From Eledone cirrhosa (lineage: Eukaryota), in assembly GCA_964016885.1 (NCBI GenBank), contig OZ024743.1, positions 155,868,001 to 155,932,000 on the forward strand: a DNA stretch of 64,000 nucleotides, in the 5' to 3' direction. Below are positions 1 to 13,327 of this stretch, piece by piece; the first letter of the stretch is position 1; the number at the start of each line of letters is the position of its first letter. The notes beneath the pieces were generated by a model. That model was given only the letters and a program-made list of their open reading frames with translations. It was not told the origin of the DNA and did no database searches. Position numbers and translations under genes: made by a program.

Positions 1-700
1 TTATTGACTATAATCGACTCAAAATAATCCTATGCTTAATACCTGTGAGTAACAAACAACACATACGCATACATACGAACTACAACACAAAAACACTTAA
101 ATGAAAATCACATACCCGATTTATCACGTGCTTTGCATTACACCTTACATAACACATACCTACATTATCACCACATGCCTCTCTAAAAAATTGCACACAA
201 TCTTAAACATTTATAACAATTATAACATGCTCTAACACCCCACACAAAATATGTTTATTTCAACTGCATAATAACTCTTTCCTCATACATGCCTTTTGTA
301 CATCAATTTTCCATGCTTATAACTTTTTTGCCTGTGATTTTGTTTTGCTTGTGTTTTTACTTATACTTGTTATACTTCCAAACAGTGCTGCCTGTAATTG
401 TATTCTTTCAAGCAGAACATCGTTTTAACTCATGACTCTCTACATGATGCCTTTGACACTAACAACAATTATGTACTCTAAATGTTCTAAATGACTAGGA
501 TTTTAGTAACATATTTCGACATTCCTTATGCTCCGATGAATTCTGACTTTCCCCTGGCAGAAACAATTGACAGCAAATAAATGTTCTGAACTAAAATTTG
601 ATCCTTTTAACACTTTGTTTCGCGGCTCTGTAAAACACTTGAACATTTGCATTGAACCTTTTTTTCATACAGGTATCCGGCTAGTACTTAGAACTAACCT
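1..700 (+). mobile_element. Probable PLE 3' end/pseudo-LTR remnant with degenerate hammerhead (529-574)
   Basis: TGCT-CCGATGA...GAAAC-AATT-GAC-AGCA followed by AATAAA. Stem I (TGCT/AGCA) is retained and the core is mutated. A TA tract lies just downstream. Confidence 0.4.
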
Positions 701-749
701 ACATATTTATAGTTATATCAAACATATATAAATATAAATATTCTTATTA

Positions 750-750
750 C

Positions 751-842
<92 letters not shown>
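750..842. repeat. (TA)n microsatellite, representative of dozens of TA/GT/GA tracts in the window
   Basis: Direct reading. These tracts produce the YIYI/CVCV/HTHT ORFs in the track. Confidence 0.98.
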
Positions 843-845
<3 letters not shown>

Positions 846-1081
846 TAAAAAAATCAAAAATCAATGAGGCATCTGGACTCAGTTTATTCCGTGTTACAAT
901 TGTTTCGCCGGCAGGTAGCTCGAGACATGGTCACTCTATGGATCTGGCTGATTCTACAGCTGCAGGTTCCTTCGGACCGCGATTTTTCGTTTTTTTTTAT
1001 ACTATCCACTCTCTGTATGAATATTGAGGGCTATTTTGGGCATACCGCCTATGGAAGCACCATAGCTGCCATTATACACAA

Positions 1082-1113
<32 letters not shown>

Positions 1114-1279
1114 TAATAATGCTTTCTTTATTAACCAGAAGGGTTTACATAAAGTAGACATTAAGGACAGTACAGGACAATACTTTTAATATCACGCCTC
1201 CCAGTCGTCTCCTTCTGCTTCTCCTTCTCTTCCTCCATCGTTTCTCTCTTCCTTTAATATGCCCTTATTTTTACTACAA

Positions 1280-1345
1280 TTCCTTCTTCTTCTTCTTCTT
1301 ATTTCTTCTTCTACTACTACTACTACTACTACTTCTTCTTCTACA

Positions 1346-1395
<50 letters not shown>

Positions 1396-1406
1396 CACTA
1401 CCACTA

Positions 1407-1442
<36 letters not shown>

Positions 1443-1493
1443 ACACTACTACTACTACTACTACTACTAATACTGCTGCTGCTGCTGCTGCTG
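1280..1493. repeat. Compound trinucleotide microsatellite (TCT)n/(ACT)n/(GCT)n
   Basis: Direct reading. It explains the poly-T, poly-S and poly-V ORFs. Confidence 0.97.
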
Positions 1494-1691
1494 CAATTAT
1501 AGTCGACAGCCAGCCAGAGAGTAACAGGGGAAAAGCCAACTTCCAAAGAGAGGCAAAACAGAGAGACAGAGAGAGAAAGATATAAACGGAAATGTGAACT
1601 TCTTACATATATGTAAACTATGTACTCTAATATCCTATTATAATTAATATACACCTTATTTTATTATATACTACATGTTATATATTTCCTG

Positions 1692-1736
1692 TAGCATGAA
1701 GAAGCCGAAATAATAATCGGCTGAACCGGTTCGATA
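1692..1736 (+). ncRNA. Degenerate minimal type I hammerhead motif
   Basis: ATGAAGA-AGCCGA-aataataa-TCGGCT-GAAC-CG-GTT: perfect 6-bp stem II and ACCGGT palindrome, but core and stem I are mutated. Confidence 0.4.
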
Positions 1737-1853
1737 ATTAACTTTTAAAAAATGTTTTTGTTATTATTCTATTAGCATCCTCTACTTTTTTTCTTATTTT
1801 CCTAATACACCACCCCCACACACACACGCACACACGCACGCACACAAATACTC

Positions 1854-1917
<64 letters not shown>

Positions 1918-2384
1918 TATATATATATATATATATATACTATATATACACTATATATATATATACTATATATATACTATATACATATACTATATATATT
2001 CTATATATATATAAATGTACAAAATATAAATCAATCACATTTTAGTTTAATACATTTAATTGCTGATAATTGTTTCTTCCAGACATTCGCCTGGAATCAT
2101 CGAAGCATACACAATGTTTAGACAAGTAATAATAATCTTAGTCTTCAGAACATTGATAAAGATACATTACTATTGCCAGTGTCAGTGACAACATCTTGAA
2201 AAGCAGGAGTTACAAAAAGATGTTTATGTTACAGATATCAGAGTATAAGGAGCAATGTGAAAAATGAAATATTGAGCATATTATATATAAAGACATTTTT
2301 TAAGTAATACATGTGCAAACGTTACCAAGCAAAATATATGTTAAAGAAGATATATAAAATATATCATATATATATATATTATTC

Positions 2385-2618
2385 TGTAATAAACAACATA
2401 AGACAAGTATTCCATTTACCAGTGGTTTCTTAAAAGCAAAAGATTTTGCTTTCAATCCTCAGAATGAAAAAATCCTGGTTTGTTTATTGAATTTGATTTT
2501 TTAAATTCAAATTCAATAAACAAACCAGGATTTTTTCATTCTGAGGATTGAAAGCAAAACATTTTGGTTTTAAGAAACCACTGGTAAATGGAATAATTGC
2601 CTTATGTTGTTTATTACA
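2385..2618. repeat. Long imperfect palindrome (~110-bp arms)
   Basis: tgtaataaacaacataag...gtttattgaatttga / tcaaattcaataaac...cttatgttgtttattaca, centre ~2500. Confidence 0.9.
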
Positions 2619-2714
2619 TAATAATAATTAAGCTCTGTTACCTACATAGAGCACTCTTTTTTCCTGGACTTTTCCGACGGAATTACTTCATTTATATATA
2701 TATATATATATATT

Positions 2715-3608
2715 CGAGGTGTGTCAGACAAGTTCCAGGACTGATGTCACAAAATATTTATTTCAAACCCAAACTTCACACTAAGTGTTTCCTCCTTTAA
2801 AGTAATTCCCCCGGAGAATGTAACTGTAATATTAGCTCTCTGCAGCGATCAAACTTTTTTCTTCACAATATTATATAGATTTCCTCTGTTTCAGGTTGTC
2901 AAGCAATGAGCACAGAGCAACGAACAAACTTGAAAACTCCCTCAAAAGCACTGGGATTGCTGCAGAAAGTGTATGGAGATGAGACGATGTCACGCTCACG
3001 TGTTTTTGAGTTGTGCAAGAGGTTTAAAAAGGACGCCAGGACGTGGAAGATTACCCTAGGAGCGGAAGGCCCTCAACAACCAGTACTGAGGTCAACTTGA
3101 GCGCGTCAGGCAGATGGTGCGTAGCGATCGTCGGATGACTGTTCGACTGATAGCAAATGAGCTGGGCATGAATCGGGAAAGCGTCTGGAAGATTCTCACT
3201 GAAGAGTTGGACATGCGGAAAGTCTGCTCGAAGACGGTGCCAAAACTGCTGAACGATGACCAGAAGGCTCGACGCATGCAAGTGTGCCAGGACATCCTCG
3301 AGCGTCTGGAAAGCGAACCAGATTTGCTAGGGACAGTCATCACCGGTGATGAGTTATGGATCTTCGAGTACGATCCGTAGGGGACCCGTTTTGAAGACGT
3401 GGACGACATCAAAAAGGCCGTGACGACGGAAGTGCGGAGGATCCCGTAAGAATCCTGCCAGGAGTGCATGCAAGCGTGGCCGAAAAGGATGGAAAAGTGC
3501 ATTAGACTCCAGGGGGATTACTTTGAAGGAGAACACTCATAGTGGGAAGTTTGGGTTTGAAATATATATTTTGAGACATCAGTCCTGGAACCTTTCTGAC
3601 ACGCCTCG
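2715..3608 (+). mobile_element. Tc1/mariner element, internally deleted, ~100-bp TIRs
   Basis: Left cgaggtgtgtcagacaagttccaggactgatgtc... matches the reverse complement of right ...gacatcagtcctggaacctttctgacacgcctcg, followed by TA. Confidence 0.92.
2906..3533 (+). pseudogene. Mariner transposase remnant
   Basis: N-terminal HTH (MSTEQRTNLK...VYGDETMSRSRVFE), KTVPKLL (WVPHEL-like) and ITGDELWIFEYDP, joined directly to C-terminal GTRFEDVDDIKK...CIRLQGDYFEG. Frameshifts and stops present. Confidence 0.9.
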
Positions 3609-3614
3609 TATAAG

Positions 3615-3628
3615 TGTGTATGTGTGTG

Positions 3629-3709
<81 letters not shown>

Positions 3710-3724
3710 TGTGTGTGTGTGTGT
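3615..3724. repeat. (GT)n microsatellite
   Basis: Direct reading. Confidence 0.98.
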
Positions 3725-4485
3725 ACATGCGTGGGAAAATATTAATATAACTGACTACAAACGTGATGCCTTGGGTTATGTGTACTGCATCGATTAAGAC
3801 TCATCTTTCCACCTCTCACTTCATACATTTTTGGAACTAATTCTTTCCCATACAACATATATTTTGCATTCACATCGTGTCACTTCCCTGAAGGTATATA
3901 TCAGGAAAACTATTTAAGTGTAATCAAGGGATTCTATATCTGTAAGAACGGACATATTTCTCTCTAATTTAAAATTTGTACATTTTTATGTATTCAAAGA
4001 ATCATTTATCATATATATTCCATATGTGATCATCAAAATTCTTTCCGTGATAATACTTACTAGAGTGGATTTGTAACAAAATTGAAAAGGATACCGAAAA
4101 CCAATGAACGTTTACTATACGACATCGATAACTGAGCGAAGAATATTTACGCTGTGTGTATGTAAGCTAGTTTTAATCACAAATTTCATGTATTCGAAGT
4201 TGGAATTTGGCTTACAAGTGATACATTATTTGTTTTGCTGTATGTGATTGACCCTGTAATCTTTATACATGTGGTGTACATTATTTTGTTTATTTATAAT
4301 GGCAGCAATTGTAATGTGATGTGATAGCCAACAGCAATTGTTGATCCGTTTCATATTTCTGTATCAATATCTCTCTTGTTCCTGCTGATACCTATCTGAT
4401 AATATTAACCTGATGCTAAGTGTGTCATATATCTAATCAAAATATTGCAACCTCGTTTCCATAACAAACTCTCATTGTCTAATAT

Positions 4486-6441
4486 CACAGTGTAACACAA
4501 TTTCTTTTCTATGTTCCTGGCTTGTGATCACTTCTTTTGTGTTGCTTAGGTCCTAAATAAATAAAAAAGTGCTATTAAACAGTTAAAAGTTTGGGTTTGT
4601 AAAACATTCTAAGCTATTCACTAGAATTCTTTGTATGCTGGATTTTACGTTGTATGTAAGTTTAATTTGCTTATGTTAAAATATTTGTTTATATACGTTT
4701 CAGGTTAAATTAAAATTATAAAATAACGAGTAATACCTAAAGAAAATTATAAAAGTGCAATAAAGTATAAAATTGTTAAAATGTGGATTAAAGAGATTTA
4801 TTGATTCTGGATTTTCGCACCTTGAATAAAGGGTAAGTTGTGTTTTAAGCACGAATTTTCATTAGTATGATTAGTGTTCTTTTATATTATTTAAATATGT
4901 ATTTCCCTTTCCAATATTTATTTTGTATTGCATATCAAATTTATTTGCAAAGAAAAGTATTCTGATAAAGAGGAGGAGATGGATGCTGAGGACATGGATT
5001 ACCTGCCTGAGGTGCCAGAAAAGTACCTCACTTCCCAAACCCAAAAGAAGTCAATGACTTGGTCTGGGATATGGGTCTGACCAAGTCCAATGCAGAGCTA
5101 TTCGTCTCCAGGATGAAGCAGTGAACTTCGTCAAGGAGGAAATGCAGGTGACAAGTCAGAGAAGTCGACACGAACCTTTCTCTGGCTTTTACACTCTTAG
5201 GGATGGCCTCTGCTTCTGCCATGACGTACTTGGACTGTTTCACGTTATTGGGGTGCCGTCTGTGCCCAAGGAGTGGCGGCTATTTATAGAAACTCCACCA
5301 TAAGTTTGAAGGCTGTCCTCCTCGACGATGTTGACAATTTCCCGACACTGCCCCTAGCTCATTCAGTCTGCCTGAAGGAAGATTACTACAATGTGAAAGT
5401 CCTCTTGGAAGCTCTGTAATACAACCAGTACAATTGGGAAATCATTGGAGACTTCAAGATAGTGGCTTTCCTGCTTTGACTTCAAGGAGGCTTTATCAAA
5501 TTCCAATGCTTCTTCTGCCTTTGGGATAGCAGAGCCAACTCTGACCACTATAAAAGAAAGAACTGGGAGCAACGAACAGAATTTGTAGTTGGGACCCGGA
5601 GCGCCATGTGGGAGCCACTGTTTGATCCCATGATTGTGCTCATGCCACCACTGCACATTAAGTTGGGGTTGATGAAGCAGTTGTGAAGGCTCTCAACCAA
5701 GAATCAGCCGCTTTTAAGTACCTCCTGAGTTCTTCCCAAAGTTATCTGAGGCCAAAATCAAAGGTGGAATTGTTGTTGGACCTCAGATAAAGAAGGTGTT
5801 TGAGTATACTGAGTTCTCTCATAAGCTCAATAGGATTGAGAAAACAGCATGGAACTGTTTCAAGGCAGTTGTTAAGGGCTTCCTGGGCAACTACAGAGCT
5901 GAAAACTACCAGCAATTGGTGCAGGATTTGATAAAGGCCTTTGGCGCCATGGGATGCAGGATGTCGCTTAAACTCCATATGCTGGACGCTCACCTGGAAA
6001 AATGCAAAGACAATATGGGTGCCTACTTAGAAGAACAGGGCGAACGATTCCACCAAGATATGAAAGAGATAGAGTGGAGGTACCATGGCCACTACAATGA
6101 AAGAATGATGGGGTATATATCTGGGGGCTAGTGCGGGAATGCGACTTGGACTACAAACGCAAATTCAGTCATTTATGACGTGTATACTTAGCTTTATAAG
6201 TGTTATTTGTTTTTACTTGTTTGCTTTTGATAAACTTGTGTAATAAAATAAATATATACTATGTTGATTTTATTATATGAACTGATAAATTTTAATAAAT
6301 GTGTTTTTACTTGAAAAATATGAAAATTTCGAAATATCAAACTCCTGATTAAATAATAGTGTTTTTTTTTCATAATAATGGGATATAACAAACCATGAAA
6401 TGACACTTAGAACCGGGGAACAAAACATATGTTACACTGTG
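4486..6441 (+). mobile_element. Chapaev3-like (CMC) DNA transposon, decayed
   Basis: TIR CACAGTGTAACA...TGTTACACTGTG. Transposase remnants MPPLHIKLGLMKQ, VGPQIK, MGCRMSLKLHMLDAHL and EEQGERFHQDMKEIE at ~4950-6180. Family assignment is from motif recall; no matching TSD seen. Confidence 0.8.
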
Positions 6442-6509
6442 CAATTCAAATTAAACTTTAGTCGCACCTATTTCACACAGGAATATAGATCACTATTTTA
6501 CACACATTG

Positions 6510-9250
6510 ATGAAAATATGAAAGTGTCTATAGAATATATGAAAGTGTCTATAGAACAATCTACAAGGTTTACATGGACATGAATTGCTCATGACTTGCT
6601 CACGACGTTCATACATGATATCCTCTGCAAAACAATTCTTCCATTTCTTCCAGAACTGCAGAGGGTCATTTGACATGCAGTACACTAAAATGGTGCAGAC
6701 AATCTCTCGCAGCTGAGGACCAAGCGTAGTGGATGAGGCCTCTTCCATAGCTCTGTCTTTTTCTTTGTATGAAGTTGACCCAGCCATGTGAAGTAGGATC
6801 ATCCTGAGATAATATAATTCAGATTGATGTCTCCTGAGAGATACTGTTGGAATGCGTCCAAGATTCACTCATATATTGTTGATAATCATCCAGATGTCCC
6901 TTTTTTCTTCCTTGCCACATTTATTTTGTCCAATTGAAATATTTAGTAATATCAATATACAATATCTTTTGTGTCAGTGGGTCTCTAATACCCAGTTGAA
7001 AATATTCCGTCAATTTAGTCATTGGCTGTTCCCTAGAACATCAATTTCCTCCTGCCCTCGCACATACACGACCATTTGTACCCCAGGTAAATGACAAGGC
7101 ATCTTTTCAACTGGCGATTTTCGATGATGTAATGGAAATCCAGAATGCTTCACTGACTGAGATGTACCGTGCATTAACATAGGTCTCAATCTGATTTTGG
7201 GCACGGACACAATTTCCTTGATCATCATTAATAGTGAAAGCGATCTTGTCTGATCCTTTTGTGATGTACTTATATAAGTACATAATAGCCTTGACACTGA
7301 GGACAACCTCACAATATAAGTGGCAGTGATATCCCAATGAGGGGAAAGGGTTATTTAACAATCCATCGGTTATCAACAGTAAATTATTGACCTTTAAGTT
7401 GGATTGTATTGGTGTGACCACCATGCTGTCTATCCCTTCTCCTATACTTTGGAAAGGAATTTTCGGCAAAAAATGCGGTTTGTCGGAATGCCTTGGGAAA
7501 ACCATTGGAACAATGGCGTTGTTGTCCTAGCCCTTCCATACGTGAACACATCATATTAGCTTGTCCACATGGGCCCTGATTGTTGCAGAATGTGATGTTC
7601 TTATGCACAATTGGTTTGGTCTCTTTATAAAGAATCTCACAGAACACTACCTGATCAATGGCATCAGCAGTTTTGCGCTTGGTATCTCAGCCATTATCAG
7701 CAGATTATGAGCATGAGTGCGGCCCCGTTTCTGCCACTCTATTGTAGCAGAATGAGCCACAACTTTTCCAAGGTCATTTTCCTTCAGTATGTCATCCATG
7801 AGATTGTCATACTTGATCTTCTTGAAGACTCTTGCACAGATATCAGGACGGTCTCTAGGTTCATCACCAGGGTGCAAACTAGTTTTTATTTCATCCCAGT
7901 TAGGGTTAGTTTTTATCGTGATGAAGTAATATGGCTTTCCCTCGTGTCAAACCAGAGTCATCGAATTCTGAAAGCACTCACTGTAGATTGAGGGAGGAAG
8001 AACAAACTCTCCAGTCTGCGTTTACTGAATCTCCTTCAGCTACAGTATCATACAAACCGTGATACTTTTCAGATCGTATCATGAATTGATTGTGGCGGGG
8101 CAATTTGAGCCGACAATGTTCTATTTTTCCCGGGAATCTACAGCATATTGCTGCATCAGCTGCCTGCTCTTCATAATTATGTTACAGTCACCTTGCCTAA
8201 CCTGAAACCGATAACAGTAGAAAGCAGTGGTGTGACTGTGTGGTTTTGTCAATCCTTTTTAAACTGAAACCCATCATTCCGTCAAGGAAACAGAAGCACA
8301 TAATGCAGAAGATCATAAGAACGGTGAATCCCCTGAAGACCACCGTATATTTTATGAATGATGACATCAGAAAGACCTAATGCTGTATGAGGTTGAATCA
8401 CAGCAATCCCACGTGCCATGGGAAAATTATACGTGCGACAATGAAAATCAGTGGGTTTTACTTTGTCAGCATATAGGACAATATTCACATTTTCAGAGAC
8501 TGGCATTTTAATGACAATCTTGAAGCTTATTATATAGGTGTTGCCGTAGTGAAAGGCTTCTAGCAGTTCCTGCTGGACAGCAGCATCTACATTAGCATGA
8601 TGCAAGCGATTCTGAAGCTCACGATCTGTATTATAGAAGTAATGCTGCGCAAACTTGGGTGTAGCATCACTTGGAAGTAGTGATAAAATAATATGACAAA
8701 TCTTACCTTGGATCTTAACGGTGGGACTAACTCCTGGTGCTTTTATCTCTTTGCAACCAATTGAAGCCGCGGAAAGCACATTGTTATATGCACGTATCTT
8801 ATTGAGAAAAAAATGTCCTGCTTGTGTGATATCGAAATATTTCAGTATATTTGGTGGAGGAGGAGGAAGTTGAGGGAGTTTCACTTTTCCCTGAAAGCAG
8901 CACAGATATTTGGGTTCAATGAGGCCAGTGATAAGCTTTGCAGTGCTGACAAACAGAGGGAAAGAGACTGTCTGCATTATGTTTTGTCATTATGGAAAGA
9001 AAAGTTGTCTCTTGGAAAGGTTCATCTGTAGGATTCTTTGCCATATTAACCTGTTCCTTCCTCTCTGAACGTTTGGGGTATTTGTTGCAAGTTGTTGTTG
9101 GTGTGTTAACAGAATTACATTTGTAGAAATGTGTTGGGATGTTGTAGAGCGATTATTGTTTGATTGACTTGCCCTCCTCTCCCTTTGTCGTTGAGCGTCT
9201 CCTGCCATGCGTTGGGATTTAGATGTGAAATACTTTCTGCATTCCATGTT
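6510..9250 (-). mobile_element. Helitron Rep (HUH) half, pseudogenised
   Basis: CCFQGKVKLPQL, PKFAQHYFY, HRSYDLLHYVLLFP, DRPDICARVF, IEWQKRGRTHAHNLL (HUH), YLYKYITKGSD, YVNARYISVSEAFW, ELYYLRMILLH. Confidence 0.93.
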
Positions 9251-9816
9251 TATTTTATGTCATGTTAAATATTAGAAAGGAATATATGTAAAACAAAATA
9301 AAATATACATATATATATATATATATATATATTACACAGCCAATCTTATTCTCCATATATTTTATCATGTTTCGCTGCGACCAGTCTTCTCCCTCCTTCT
9401 ACCTACCTATTTCGTTACTATCTACTCTTAGCTCCCTTTCTTTATCTCCCTTTCTCCCTCTCACTTTCACTCATCCTTTCGCTGCTAGCCACCTCATTGT
9501 TTCCCTTGCCTGACCCACTAGCAATCATTTTCTCACCTACACACGCTGGGGTCGGACGTAAAACGCTCTTGAAATGAAGTTCTCTTATCGATGTGGTCTT
9601 ATCTTCCCTTTTCCCTTCTATTTTCCTTCCATCCCTCCTCCCTATTCCCAATAACTTTCCCAATTATTAAACGCTCTGGGAGGTAGATATCTTGTCTTTA
9701 AAGCCTGGAAATATAAGAGACCCGCAGTAGACAACTGATGAGGAAAATTATTGCTTTCTTCTTATTCTCATTCCATTTTAAACTATCTTACGAAGAAACT
9801 ACACAGCCAATCCTAA

Positions 9817-9874
<58 letters not shown>

Positions 9875-9876
9875 TT

Positions 9877-9976
<100 letters not shown>

Positions 9977-9984
9977 AGAGCATG

Positions 9985-11530
9985 AAGAGAGTGTTTTCAG
10001 ATTTTATTTGTCTGGTCCTCTGAAAGAGTGGGTATGGGCATACTACCGAGTCTTAACATTATTGGAAGTCATGCCGATGTTAGTCTTTTTGTTGTTGCTA
10101 TCATCGGTGCCTGAAATGACATCACATTTGTATCCGATGTCATTTATCAGGCATTTCTGTTCAGGTGGGCAGGCTTCTTTATTTAGGCAGTTGCACAATG
10201 CCTCAGTCCGGAGATTTGGTTCGAGGTGGTTGGCTTATTTAATTTTTTTAGAATTGAGATTGGCTATATTCCTAGTTAGGTTAGGTGTAGTGGAGTAGGA
10301 TAGTCTTATTGTGTTCTTATTGAAGATGGTGTAGTACCTATGTTGTATAGGGAAGTGTGTGTTCAGCAAAGTGAAGAAAGTCCTAGCTATAGGTGTAGAT
10401 ACCTCTCTATTGATGGGGCGGTTGTACCAACTAATCTGCCCATGCGTATTCCTCCTATGTAGTTTTGCAGTGGTTTCTAGGTAAGTTATATTTTCTTTAA
10501 ATCCGCTGCGGTCGGGATCTTCATTGTAGTAGGAGGCGGATACATTAAATATAGCTTCATTGGCCGAGAGGCCAGATATTCTAATTGAGAGGCTTTTTAT
10601 TAAGTTATCAGTGATGTTTTTGATGGTTAGAATTAACATTAATATATCTAAGGGACTCGTTAGGTTTGTGGTACGGGTGATAGAGGGAAGTATCTAGGTC
10701 GAGAGTGACATCTAAAAATGTGGTCCTAGTCATATTAGACATAATAGATTCTATACTTATACAAAATCCTAGATTACGGAAGAACGAGCTTAAGCTTCTC
10801 CGAAACCCATCAGTGGTTCTTGGGTTAATATTTTGCAAGACGAAGAGGCCGTCATCCCGGTATAAACCTCTGGTGAGGCTAGTAAAACATCACTGATAAC
10901 TTAGTAAAAAGCGTCTCAACTAGAATCTCCGGCCTCTCGGGCAATGAAGATATATTTAATGCCTCCGCCTCCTACTACAATGACGCCCTCGCCCGCAGCC
11001 GATTTAAAGAAAAGATAACTTACCTAGAAAACACCGCAAGTCTGCATAGGAGGAATAGACATAGGCAGATTAGTTCATACACACCCCCCCTCATTCAATA
11101 GAGAGATCTCTACACCTATAGCTATAACTTTCTTCACTTTGCCTAACACACACTTTTACATATAACATAGATACTACACCATCTTCAATAACAACACAAT
11201 AAGACTCTCCTACTCCACTACACCTAACCTAGCTAGAAATATAGCCAATCTCAATTTAAAAAAAATAAATAAGCCAACCACCTCCGAACGCAATCCCGGG
11301 ACTGAGGCCTTGTGCAACTGCCTAGATACGGAAGCCTGCCCACTTGAAAACAAATGCCTGATAAATGACAGCGTATACAAATGTGATGTCATCTCAGGCA
11401 CCGATGATAGCACCTACACAAAGACTTACATCCGCATGACTTCCAATAATTATAAGACCCGGTGGTATGCCCATACCCACTCTTTCAGAAGACCGGACAA
11501 ATCAAATCAGACAACATCGCCTGAAACTCT
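9985..11530. mobile_element. Naiad-like PLE fragment as an inverted pair (minus 9985-10870, plus 10880-11530)
   Basis: Minus arm: LYRDDGL, FLDVTLDL, YHKPNESLRYINVNSNH, WYNRP, YSTTPNL. Both arms end in GIY-YIG sequence (plus arm CNCLDTEACPLENKCLINDSVYKC...YIRMTSNNYKTRWYAH). Confidence 0.9.
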
Positions 11531-11627
11531 TCTATATAAAAACTTGTATACTCTGCTATGTATTGACTACCATACTCACTGTGGTTACCTCCGATTCAAC
11601 CTGGAATATCTTATGTTATATATATAT

Positions 11628-12460
11628 ATAAAATAAGTCCATAGAATCATTAGATAAAATATATACACTATTTCTTCTCCCAATCAGCATAAATCAACCA
11701 CACAAAAAATCATTTAAACGAGACTATAAGTTTAAAATATATTTATGAAGAAATAATAGCTGAATGATATAGTTTATTATCCGCGACTCACACCTACCGA
11801 AAATGTATCCAGTATTTCTGATAGCCTGTAGAAATTGACTAGACATATATTTAACAATATATAATTAGGTACAAAATTAAAGTTAGAAGAAAACATGTAC
11901 ATAAACATACCAAAATCATCAACATATCTCTACTACCGGCAGTTTCATTCCATTTTTTAATATATCCTATCGAGGATAAATCAATGTGTTTGGAAATCAT
12001 CAGGAGATAAACTCGATTGGACAAAGATTTTTCTTACAAGATCTCCGCGAGAAACGAATTCAAAATGGCTAAGAATCGTCACGTGGCTATTGGTCAAAGC
12101 AGATATTTTGTGATTGGTGCCTGTCGGCGAGTAGGCTGGTAGCTAGAAACCGCAGCCAAATACATACTAAAGTTTTACTCAACCTAAGGCGAGTATATAA
12201 AATGTAAAGGGTATATATACACATAAACTAGACAGAGACATAGATAGATGTATATTTTTGGCAAGCATTCACGTTGTGGCTCAATGAGGAATTAATTAAA
12301 AAAATAATTAACATTCAGAGCAATATATAAAAAATAAGTCCATATAATCATTAGATAACATATATACAGTATTTCTTCTCCCAATCAGCATAACTCAACC
12401 ACACAAACAATAATTTAAACGAAGCTATAAGCTTAAAACATACTTATGGAGAAATAATAG
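11628..12460 (-). mobile_element. Non-coding ~700-bp unit with ~135-bp terminal direct repeat, CCAAT boxes and a hammerhead (solo pLTR/retrozyme-like)
   Basis: aaaataagtccata(g/t)aatcattagata... occurs at ~11630 and ~12330. No ORF. Confidence 0.7.
11925..12009 (-). ncRNA. Type I hammerhead ribozyme, intact core
   Basis: Minus strand: TATCTC-CTGATGA-T-TTCCA...TGGAA-T-GAA-ACTGC-CG-GTAGT-A-GAGATA. Stem I is 6 bp, cleavage triplet GUA. Confidence 0.82.
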
Positions 12461-13256
12461 GTAAATTATATATGTATATATACATATATAGCTTACACGG
12501 AGAAAATAAATCTTTGAAATAAAAGTATGTTTGAAATAAATGAGAGACGGAATATTATAAACGTTATGAGAGAACGATGGTTTATCGTCTGCTATTCCAT
12601 ACACCAGATATATTTAGAAATCGTAGTATGAGGTAGTCATAACAACAGTGGTATCAGCAAATTGCGTATAAAAACAATATGTCACAGTCATTCTATCTAC
12701 CTGTACCTCTGATATACTCACACACAATGTCTCTCTCTCTCACCGTCACTCTATCGGAATGAGAGAGAGTAGTATGAGGGAGTCATAGCAACAGTGGTAA
12801 CAGCAAAACGCCTATGAAAGCTATATATATATATATATATGAATAAAGTTAGTCCTTCATCAGTGTTCTTCCAACCATCAATTGTATTTCATCGCTTTAA
12901 AGACCATATACCTCCGTTGGTACGAGCAACGGCTAAAAAAAGTCGTTGGGACACGTAAATAAAGGGGACACGAGAGTGTAAAGAATCAAAGATGGTGAAG
13001 CAACGAAAAATGAGGAAGAAGGAGTCAAGTCCCAAATTTCCATGAATATAATTTCGGTGAAATCATGAAAGAGAGAGAATAAAGACCATCAAACCTGGTT
13101 GGAATGTGAGCAAGGAAGGAATTCCGTACAGGTCTAACGGGAGGAAGGGGGATCTAGTCTGTGAATTCGGTGAACGTAAGTTCTGTGAAATCATAGACCA
13201 GAGAGAGAAAAAAAGAGAGAGAGGGAGAGAAAGAGAGAGGGAGAGAGAGAGAGAGA

Positions 13257-13318
<62 letters not shown>

Positions 13319-13327
<9 letters not shown>

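Noticed and set aside
1192-1654. Poly-V, poly-T and poly-S ORFs as mucin-like proteins
   Set aside because: They are translations of a trinucleotide microsatellite that is open in several frames.
12623-12810. Spaced direct repeats as a CRISPR-like array
   Set aside because: There are only two ~40-bp copies in a eukaryotic context and no cas genes.
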